Shown here: in pieces, positions 59,101-64,000 of the stretch | Layout: each line of letters starts with the position of its first letter | How positions within the stretch are numbered: the first letter of the stretch is position 1 | Assembly (NCBI RefSeq): GCF_021028975.2 | Contig: NC_059427.1 | Span: 72,292,001 to 72,356,000 of the forward strand | Length of the DNA stretch: 64,000 bases | Reading direction: 5' to 3' | Source: Sphaerodactylus townsendi | Taxonomy: Eukaryota | Translations under genes and position numbers: made by a program | Notes under the pieces: generated by a model | Database searches by the model: none | Told to the model about the DNA's origin: nothing | Seen by the model: only the letters and a program-made list of their open reading frames with translations

Positions 59101-59945
59101 GCATTTTTCAATACACATGGGAAAGAGATGGCAGAATACTGAGATGACTGAGTAGGCTGTACCACTTAAACCTACAGATGTAGAATCTGTTAGTTTTGCT
59201 GAAGTTAAAAATTAACTGTTCTCTTAGTTGTGCTATTTTTCTGTTAGCACAGTTTTTCCATGCAGACACAGACAATCTGGAGGGAAGTGGTCCGTCTATC
59301 ACCCCATTAACAACTTGTTCTACCAGTTCATTCTCATTCATCTGCGAACCAAGTCAGCACCTTTGCAAGATACATTCTCAATCCCTTTAAAATTACCTCC
59401 CCGCAGAAAAACACTAAGAATGTTAATTAGCCCACTTCCCCAGAAAATTGTGGGGTGTGTGTGCCATGACCACTCTTCTTAAAACTCTTGTGGATGTAAC
59501 ACATCAGTAAGAATCCATAACTGGAGAGCCCATTTCTTGTAGTTTGCTTTTTAAAAAAATTGTGACACTTGATTAGTTAATCTTTGCTTGGCATGAAGAT
59601 GTAAGAAATCGAAAAGCCAAGCCTGTCTCGTTTCATAAATGAATGACGCTACCTTATACTGAACACTGGTTTACCAAGATCAGGTATTGGTTACTCTGGC
59701 TGGACAGCGACTCAGGTGAAAAATTTCACGTCACCTATATAGTGACGTGCTTGATAACTGAGACTGAACTTTCCAGAGTTAAAACAAACACTCTGCTACT
59801 AATCCATAGTTACTTTCCCATAGCTGTTAGGAGGACCGAAACCTTAATTTTTAATTTCTTTTCAAGCCAACCTCTTACCCTGGCCTACCATATCCCTCCC
59901 ACCCTTAAAGAAAGGCCTTCACTCACTACCCGTCCCGGCCGCCAT
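22890..59945 (-). CDS. BRD8: Bromodomain-containing protein 8 (NuA4/TIP60 subunit), long two-bromodomain isoform, about 1374 aa
   Basis: 21 shared exons (59945..37795, listed separately) plus 29077-28784, 28190-27708, 27315-27173, 25373-25284, 23604-23536, 23124-22890; 4125 nt in frame; both bromodomains keep FQNAVMYN. Confidence 0.88.
23536..23604 (-). CDS. BRD8: BRD8 long-isoform exon L5 (bromodomain 2 ZA loop)
   Basis: YSGPFLKPVSEKQAPGYKDVVKR; 69 nt, same length as exon 18. Confidence 0.94.
24195..24345 (-). mobile_element. 5S-derived SINE copy (reverse)
   Basis: Minus strand gatctcaaaaactaagtaaggtcagtacttgaatggaagaccacc...gtcaccataatttggctgtgacttgatg. Confidence 0.6.
24548..24875 (+). 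mobile_element. 5S rRNA-derived SINE with RTE-type tail (5S-Sauria-like), interrupted by a hAT MITE
   Basis: gatctcatcagatttttggaactaagcagggtaagccctggttagcatttgaatgggagacc resembles the 5S internal promoter (A/IE/C boxes); tail ggggtcgccatgagtc; related copies at about 33450-33620 (+) and 24195-24345 (-). Confidence 0.75.
24701..24834. mobile_element. Palindromic hAT (Charlie-type) MITE
   Basis: Whole element is an inverted repeat; perfect 8-bp target-site duplication ccctaagg. Confidence 0.9.
25081..25226. mobile_element. Palindromic hAT (Charlie-type) MITE
   Basis: cagtggtggcgaac...gttcgccaccacag, near-perfect 146-bp palindrome centred on ccaattgg; flanks tgctagag/tgctagac. Confidence 0.88.
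25284..25373 (-). CDS. BRD8: BRD8 long-isoform exon L4 (bromodomain 2 start)
   Basis: VHMSQDDPLAQRLLFKKTLLSIWKMVAGHR. Confidence 0.93.
26751..26933. mobile_element. SPIN/URR1-like non-autonomous hAT element
   Basis: Terminal inverted repeats cagtggttctcaacct / aggttgagaaccgctg; perfect 8-bp duplication agttaacc; subterminal gaccctttaatacagttcctcatgttgtggtgacccc matches recalled SPIN/URR1 consensus. Confidence 0.88.
27173..27315 (-). CDS. BRD8: BRD8 long-isoform exon L3
   Basis: EMDVGNSEEQLEDWNDSDFHLSYSNDDFSP...; phase 0 to 2, donor TT|GTGAGT, which restores the frame needed for L4. Confidence 0.75.
27708..28190 (-). CDS. BRD8: BRD8 long-isoform exon L2 (acidic, 161 aa)
   Basis: VTHLMEPLCIS...QTLE, donor GAA|GTAAGC. 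Confidence 0.82.
28300..28445. mobile_element. Palindromic hAT (Charlie-type) MITE
   Basis: Same family; target-site duplication tcctaata/ccctaata. Confidence 0.88.
28784..29077 (-). CDS. BRD8: BRD8 long-isoform exon L1
   Basis: MGHVWTWVESKVDD...DSSIDLDFSCWRKTEETAEELEESS...LLRFLTE, similar to recalled human MGHEWVWLDSE...LLHFLSE. Confidence 0.9.
30745..31890 (-). mobile_element. Older L2-clade LINE fragment, interrupted by an insertion
   Basis: Parallels the 62040-63170 element (tttatttatt tail, gggctcagggc, cagggccctg, acctccgtcttcg); frames are disrupted. Confidence 0.8.
31171..31380. mobile_element. GC-rich non-autonomous DNA-transposon-like insert inside the L2
   Basis: Interrupts the L2 sequence; termini cagtagtgtag.../...ctatgcccctg; no clean target-site duplication. 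Confidence 0.5.
33450..33620 (+). mobile_element. 5S-derived SINE copy
   Basis: gatctcagaaaataagca...ggctagtatttggaa...ggcaaaccacc...tgccttgaaaaccctacagggtcgccataa. Confidence 0.7.
34163..34168 (-). terminator. BRD8 short-isoform polyadenylation signal (ATTAAA)
   Basis: ATTAAA on minus strand 270 nt after the stop, followed by GU/U-rich sequence (ctgttttgcaacgtgtgtggttttt). Confidence 0.65.
34438..34497 (-). CDS. BRD8: BRD8 short-isoform terminal exon (coding part)
   Basis: DGGTRGRRCAIEADMKMKK*. Confidence 0.94.
   Translation of the reverse strand, partial: DGGTRGRRCAIEADMKMKK
34438..59945 (-). CDS. BRD8: BRD8 short (single bromodomain, p120/SMAP-type) isoform, 22 exons, 2871 nt / 956 aa
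   Basis: Starts MAAGTGKHKLLSVGPTEPWSIREKLCLASSV and ends DSVPMGSPAFLLSLF|DGGTRGRRCAIEADMKMKK*, as in the recalled human short isoform. Confidence 0.95.
35190..35830. repeat. GC-rich foldback element with internal inverted arms (boundaries approximate)
   Basis: About 35340-35430 is the reverse complement of about 35587-35675; repeated ctccacatggagat units. Confidence 0.6.
37795..37839 (-). CDS. BRD8: BRD8 exon 21
   Basis: DSVPMGSPAFLLSLF, donor |GTAAGT. Confidence 0.93.
38291..38382. repeat. Short palindromic MITE-like repeat
   Basis: acaatgcaatcctagggagagttactctag ... ctggagtaactctccacaggatttcattgt; a more decayed relative at about 55367-55452. Confidence 0.6.
38653..38757 (-). CDS. BRD8: BRD8 exon 20
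   Basis: QFLATQLIMQTSESGISAKSLRGRDSTRKQDASEK. Confidence 0.96.
39037..39214 (-). CDS. BRD8: BRD8 exon 19 (bromodomain 1)
   Basis: PMDLSTIKKNIENGLIRTTAEFQRDIMLMFQNAVMYN...EQIQ. Confidence 0.96.
39763..39831 (-). CDS. BRD8: BRD8 exon 18 (bromodomain 1 ZA loop)
   Basis: YANVFLQPVTDDIAPGYHSIVQR. Confidence 0.96.
40796..40888 (-). CDS. BRD8: BRD8 exon 17 (bromodomain 1 start)
   Basis: SVCSEDQEAIQAQKIWKKAIMLVWRAAANHR. Confidence 0.96.
41235..41449 (-). CDS. BRD8: BRD8 exon 16
   Basis: DAQGEEDEEDGASEAASLEEPKEEDQGEGYLSEMDNEPPVSESDDGF...SSPASSQ. Confidence 0.95.
41853..41899 (-). CDS. BRD8: BRD8 exon 15
   Basis: ESMKEEAQALFENQVK; an alternative in-frame donor lies 6 nt upstream. Confidence 0.85.
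42060..42153 (-). CDS. BRD8: BRD8 exon 14
   Basis: LPLDDDTSSPHVPSASEDSSQPDLHHKYDLS; 94 nt, phase 0 to 1. Confidence 0.85.
42828..43280 (-). CDS. BRD8: BRD8 exon 13
   Basis: VDDHPEVLDVAAVEAALSFCEE...ATVKSE. Confidence 0.94.
44470..44850 (+). mobile_element. CR1 LINE 3' fragment
   Basis: MKLMGSRFRTDKKIYFFKKRLIKMWNLLPQD...FKRKLDRSM followed by CR1-type 3' UTR. Confidence 0.85.
45487..45785 (-). CDS. BRD8: BRD8 exon 12
   Basis: VSQPNACVPMEAV...LDFETVGDIIAIIEDK. Confidence 0.94.
46178..46387 (-). CDS. BRD8: BRD8 exon 11
   Basis: GAPTLSRLLEAGPAQFTT...ESVVS. Confidence 0.93.
48102..48246 (-). CDS. BRD8: BRD8 exon 10
   Basis: VGESELAVVSGH...LLDVGGVLPVLHGGEMQ...AAS. Confidence 0.93.
50121..50336 (-). 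CDS. BRD8: BRD8 exon 9 (216 nt, phase 0-0, LXXLL motif; skippable in frame)
   Basis: VTPGTLPNTPVASFIGIPDTP...PPPSPLLSELLKKGSLLPTSPRL. Confidence 0.93.
50680..50816 (-). CDS. BRD8: BRD8 exon 8
   Basis: ARQAVKNPSRRVPGMMVRSP...EEASPG. Confidence 0.94.
51203..51267 (-). CDS. BRD8: BRD8 exon 7
   Basis: KKRMEEEEAEVKRKATDAAYQ. Confidence 0.94.
51812..53698 (-). mobile_element. Penelope-like retroelement, 5'-truncated and decayed, with inverted terminal pseudo-LTR copies
   Basis: RT remnant (WFQFVDDTFTIW...LPFLDVLV...VYRKLTHRDRYLH, 53134-52688); GIY-YIG remnant (YRIPCSCGKVY, about 52490-52400); about 51812-52056 is the inverse of about 53391-53650; direct repeat cattcaatcgatc at 51799-51811 and 53699-53711. 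Confidence 0.9.
54137..54622. mobile_element. GC-rich non-autonomous hAT-type element
   Basis: Perfect 8-bp duplication caaatagg (54129-54136, 54623-54630); imperfect termini CAGGG.../...CTCTG; very GC-rich against an AT-rich intron. Confidence 0.8.
54849..54929 (-). CDS. BRD8: BRD8 exon 6
   Basis: QLKRDAELIQAGHMDHRLEELCNDIV. Confidence 0.93.
55041..55163 (-). CDS. BRD8: BRD8 exon 5
   Basis: RKRGEKGEVVETVEDVIVRKLTAERVEELKKMIKETQEKY. Confidence 0.95.
56474..56523 (-). CDS. BRD8: BRD8 exon 4
   Basis: HCASQYSELLETTETPK. Confidence 0.95.
57301..57370 (-). CDS. BRD8: BRD8 exon 3
   Basis: VSVSRAIKPFAEPGRPPDWFSQK. Confidence 0.95.
58010..58690 (+). mobile_element. L1-type LINE ORF2 C-terminus / 3' UTR remnant
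   Basis: FHMWWTCKKIKKYW zinc-knuckle remnant, ARVIIASSWK-like motif, A tail near 58681. Confidence 0.7.
58866..58962 (-). CDS. BRD8: BRD8 exon 2
   Basis: HKLLSVGPTEPWSIREKLCLASSVMRSGDQNW. Confidence 0.95.
59927..59945 (-). CDS. BRD8: BRD8 exon 1 coding part
   Basis: ATG GCG GCC GGG ACG GGT A|GTGAGT. Confidence 0.92.
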
Positions 59946-60214
59946 TTTCCTCCAGGAGCAGCCAGGCACGCTGCTTGCTGGGAAATAGGCTCTTATGCCC
60001 GTAGCGGCTTCATCCGGCTGAACAGTGGGTGGTTCTTATTTCTCAAGCTCGCTTCCTTATTGGTTGATTGAGGAGAAAAGCTTGTGATTGGCGATAAGGT
60101 GAGAAGCGTTTTGGGTCGTCTGTTGTGTTTTTCCTCCCAGGGTTCTTTGCTGTGGCGTGGAACCGGAAGTGTAGCTGCAAGGGCGCGTGAGCGTGTGGTC
60201 TTTCTCCTGCGAGC
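59946..60214. promoter_or_regulatory. BRD8/NHP2 bidirectional CpG-island promoter
   Basis: 269 bp between divergent ATGs; ETS/GABP site ACCGGAAGTG at 60162-60171; ATTGG at 60059-60063 and 60087-60091; YY1-type AAAATGGCGGC overlapping the BRD8 ATG. Confidence 0.85.
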
Positions 60215-60377
60215 ATGGGCCGAAGCAAGCATCAGGAATGCGGGGAAGCGCCTGAACCGGAGCCGGAGGAAACCCCGGAACGGTCCTACCAGGAGCTGGT
60301 GGAGAACGTGAATGCGATTGCGCGGCCGCTGGCCTCCCGGAAGCTCACGCGCAGACTTTACAAGTGCATTAAGAAAG
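60215..60377 (+). CDS. NHP2: NHP2 exon 1 coding part
   Basis: MGRSKHQE...LYKCIKK, donor AAG|GTGTGG. Confidence 0.93.
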
Positions 60378-63300
60378 GTGTGGGGCAAAGGAAGACGTCC
60401 GTGGAGGGGCTGGTCTTAGAAGGAGGAATGAGGCGAGGGGGGAAAGAGCTCCCATTTGGGGTTTCGTGCTAAAAGTCTCCCATTTCGTTTATAGCGGCGA
60501 AGCATAAACAGATCCGACGCGGGGTGAAAGAGGTCCAAAAATTCCTCAATAAAGGCGAGAAGGGGTAAATACTCTTATTTATTACCATTTTCTACTATCT
60601 TTTCTATCTGATAACTTCCAGGTATGTTGAGACTCTATCTATTACACTGTGTGTACTCTATGGTACGAATAGCATAGGGGTAGTCGTGTTGATTCCTTTT
60701 CTGCCTTGCTGCTCTTTATGCCTGTAACTGTCTCTCAGAAAACCTGCTTGGTGTTATTTTTTCACTTCCCGTGTTCCTCAACACTCACCTTTTCTCTGAA
60801 GCCTTTAGCACAATAGTTTGGAGGCAAACAGCACGACTTGTGATAATTTAAAAGGCAGACATTGTAGTAACAGAAGTAAAATATGATCTAGAAGCCTTCG
60901 TGGCTAGCCAAAGTTTTCTGGTTTTAACGTAGGCCAGGCAAGACATACACACACCAAGATAATTAAAGAACCCAGTTGATGTACACCCCTTTGTTTCTGT
61001 CTGATAATTTCTCTAAAGAAAGGAGATTAAAATACGCGGTGAAAGCTGTTAGCTTTCTGTAACAGGGTCTGATGTAATGTTTAAGGGAGCTTATGAATTT
61101 TGCTGAAGGTGTATTAAATTTTTTTAAAAATAGGTTATATATTAGGATTAAAACGGTTTTAGATAATAGCTATTCCATTTATAAGTTAATAAATGTATTA
61201 ATGGAATTTATATAACATATTCTTGATTATGAATGAATAGAAAAAACTATGTTTGTTGTGCCTTTAAAGTTGATAAGCCTCTGCTTCACACAATGTTTTA
61301 GAAAAAGCCTAGCTGCTCAGGAAGAATTGAGAACCTGCCTGAAGACTCCTACTGAGATTTAGCCACACTCCCTAAACTTGATATATTACATACGGTTGGA
61401 TGGCCAGAATGGAAGAGAACTCTTAGATGGTTAATTGGAAGTGCTATATTGAAGTGTAAAGTTTCGCCATGACGTGTATGAGATTTATTTCATTAGATTT
61501 CATAGACTGCCTCATCCCCGGAGGGCTCTAGGCTTTGTTTTGATGTATTCTTAGCCCTTTCTTATAAAAAAGGACGTACTTTCTTTGTTAATCCAGTTCT
61601 CTCCTGTTTGGCACTAAAATCTCTGATGAATAAAATTTATTATCTCAAGCCTCTTGTCTCCTGGCATTCCGTGCCTTCCCCTGCCAGAGTAAAAGTTAGA
61701 CTGCATGTTGCTTCTCAGAGCAACAACATGACAAGCAGGAAACAAAATCTCCCAAGCACACTGGATTCTGATTTTGATTGGACCATGATACAGGAGAACT
61801 TCACCCCCACCCCCGTTGTTTGCCTGGGCTGAAATAGTGGTGGGGGTGCATGAGCAGTTTTCAGTGTACCTGCAACTCTGCAGTGAGACGAACAGTGCCA
61901 CTGGGGCTACTTCAGGCTGGGGAAACAAAGGCTTGTGCAAAAACACCTTACAGTGTCTGACTTTGAGTTCTATACTCTACTGAAACTAAACTTAGGTATG
62001 TAAGAGTGGAATACATTACTGCTGTTGCTGCTTATCCTTATATTTATTTATTTATTTATTTATTTTATTGAACTTATAGGCTGCCTTATCCCCGGAGGGC
62101 TCAAGGCGGCTCACAACATGGCTGTTACATCAAACAGCAGGTCAACAGCATAAAATACTAAAATCATTAAAACCTAAGCAGCAGTTTACAGCGAGAAACT
62201 GTAAGTCAACAAACCCGATTTATAAAATAGTTTAAGACAGGCGCCCCGTCAAGGCCAAAAAAGAAAAAAGGAGGGGAGGAGGTAGACCGGGCCTGCGATG
62301 GCATTTATAAGTAAAGCAGGCCCAGCTATAATAGGATGGAACGGCAGCCTCAATTTTGATTTCAATGTCAGTGTTGGTAGGGGGCAGTAGATCCACGGCT
62401 GGCCTCCCCAAAAGCCCGGTGGAAGAGCTCCGTCTTGCAGGCCCTACGGAACTCGTTAAGGTCCCGCAGGGCCCGCACCGCCAGAGGTAAAGCATTCCAC
62501 CAGGCAGGGGCCAGAGCCGTAAAGGCTCTGGCCCGGGTTGAGGCCAGCCGTATCATTGCAGGACCAGGGGTCACCAGTAAATCCGCCGTTGCCGAGCGCA
62601 GCGACCTATGTGGGACATAAGGGGTGATGCGGTCCCGCAGGTATGTGGGCCCCATGCCGCGTAAGGCCTTAAAGGTTAATACCAGCACCTTGAAAACGAT
62701 CCGGAACTCCACTGGAAGCCAGTGCAGACGGCACAGCACAGGGGTAATATGGTCCGAATAACCACCACCTGTTAGAAGCCGTGCCGCTGCATTCTGGACC
62801 AGCTTCAGCTTCCGGATCAGTCGCAAGGGAAGGCCCGTGTAGAGCCGAAGTTACAATCAATCCAACCTCGAGGTGACCAGCCGATGGATCACAGTGGCCA
62901 GGTCGGACTGGGAGAGATAGGGAGCCAGCCGCCGCGCCTGGCGAAGGTGGAAAAACGCAACCTGGGTAACATGGGCCACCTGGCTCTCCATTGATAATGA
63001 AGAGTCCAGGCGGACCCCCAGGCTGTGAGCCAGAGATGTTGGGGTCAACATGACCCCCTCCAGATTAGGCGGCTGAAATTCCCTCGGTCTCTCCCCCCGG
63101 CCCAGCCAAAGGACCTCCGTCTTCGTTGGATTAAGCTTTAACCTACTCTGTCTCAACCAACCAGCAACCGACTCCTTCCTCGCTCTGGTGTCTCACTTTA
63201 TTCCCCCTTCTATACTATAAGTGCCTCTGGGCAATGATCTGTCTTCCTGCACTCTGTATGTTGATGCTGACATATTAGCAATCACTTAGGTAGTTTCAGG

Positions 63301-63455
63301 TATGTTATATTATTGCCAACTTCTAACAGCTTATTTTTTCTTTAAAAAGGATCACAGTCCTTGCAGGAGATACATTACCTATTGATGTGTATTGTCACAT
63401 CCCCATCATGTGTGAAGACCGGAATCTTCCATACGTCTATATTCCTTCCAAAACG
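60215..63455 (+). CDS. NHP2: H/ACA ribonucleoprotein subunit NHP2 (L7Ae family), exons 1-3; last exon lies beyond the window
   Basis: join(60215-60377,60495-60564,63350-63455): ...NAIARPLASRKLTRRLYKCIKKAAKHKQIRRGVKEVQKFLNKGEKGITVLAGDTLPIDVYCHIPIMCEDRNLPYVYIPSKT. Confidence 0.95.
60495..60564 (+). CDS. NHP2: NHP2 exon 2
   Basis: AKHKQIRRGVKEVQKFLNKGEKG. Confidence 0.95.
62040..63170 (-). mobile_element. L2-clade LINE, 5'-truncated, relatively young, in NHP2 intron 2
   Basis: ORF2 C-terminus RLKLNPTKTEVLW...VTSRLD / LKLVQNAAARLLT...HITPVLCRLHWLPV...KTELF; (TAAA)n tail at 62040-62068; CpG retained; 4-bp frameshift near 62857. Confidence 0.92.
63350..63455 (+). CDS. NHP2: NHP2 exon 3
   Basis: ITVLAGDTLPIDVYCHIPIMCEDRNLPYVYIPSKT. 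Confidence 0.95.
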
Positions 63456-63529
63456 GTACTATAGAATTAAGAGTATGGAAAGGGAATTGTTAAGCTTTTT
63501 TTCCTGCAGCTCAGTACTTTTATCAATGT

Positions 63530-64000
63530 CTTGGATGATGGAATAGAGGGCATGTTAATCAGATTTGCATGCTAATCAAAGATGAGGGCATACTAATCAA
63601 AGATGACACTAAATTAGGAGGGATAGCTAATACTCAGAGGACAGGGTCAGAATTCAAAATGACCTGGACAGATTAGAGAGCTGGGCCAAAATTAATTTCA
63701 ACAGATAAATGTGAGATACTACACTTAAGCAGAAATGGAATACAGATACAGATGGGTGACAACTGGTTTGACAACAGTACATGTGAAAGGGGTCTGGGAG
63801 TCTTAGTAGACCACAAACTAAACATGAGTCAGCAGTGTGATGCGGCAGCCAAGAAAGCCAGTGTAATTCTGGGGTGCATCAATAGGAGTATAGTGTTTAC
63901 ATCGATGGATATAATAATACTTCTCTATTCTGCATTGGTCAGATCTCACCTGGAATACTATGTCCAGTTCTGGGCACCACAGTGCAGAAAGGATATTGAC
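63530..64000 (+). mobile_element. CR1 LINE reverse-transcriptase fragment running off the window end
   Basis: DDTKLGGIAN...IQNDLDRLESWA...LGVLVDHKLNMSQQCDAAAKKA...LYSALVRSHLEYYVQFWAP. Confidence 0.9.

Noticed and set aside
60565-63349. Intronic snoRNA in NHP2 (a plausible host gene class)
   Set aside because: No convincing C/D box pair or H/ACA double hairpin seen; would need an Infernal/snoReport scan

Overview
Eukaryotic (vertebrate) genomic DNA. The repeat content (5S-derived SINE with an RTE-type tail, SPIN-type hAT MITE, Penelope, L2, CR1, L1, RTE) points to a squamate reptile. Three genes could be rebuilt exon by exon by hand, with GT-AG junctions and consistent phases. (1) KIF20A/MKLP2 on the minus strand: 18 coding exons plus a non-coding first exon, 888 aa, with a CHR + CCAAT cell-cycle promoter. 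(2) BRD8 on the minus strand: a short one-bromodomain isoform (956 aa) and a long two-bromodomain isoform (about 1374 aa). (3) The first three exons of NHP2 on the plus strand, head-to-head with BRD8 across a 269-bp interval. Most ORFs in the supplied track are spurious or are exon read-throughs. I found no prokaryote-style novel system. The best leads are: a candidate internal TATA/CCAAT promoter in BRD8 intron 13; palindromic hAT MITEs bracketing three exons of the second-bromodomain module; a candidate poison exon before the short BRD8 terminal exon; a promoter partner for BRD8 that differs from human; a SPIN-like element from a horizontally transferred family; and a Penelope insertion with inverted repeats and decayed hammerhead motifs. 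All comparisons with human proteins and repeat consensus sequences are from memory, not from database searches.
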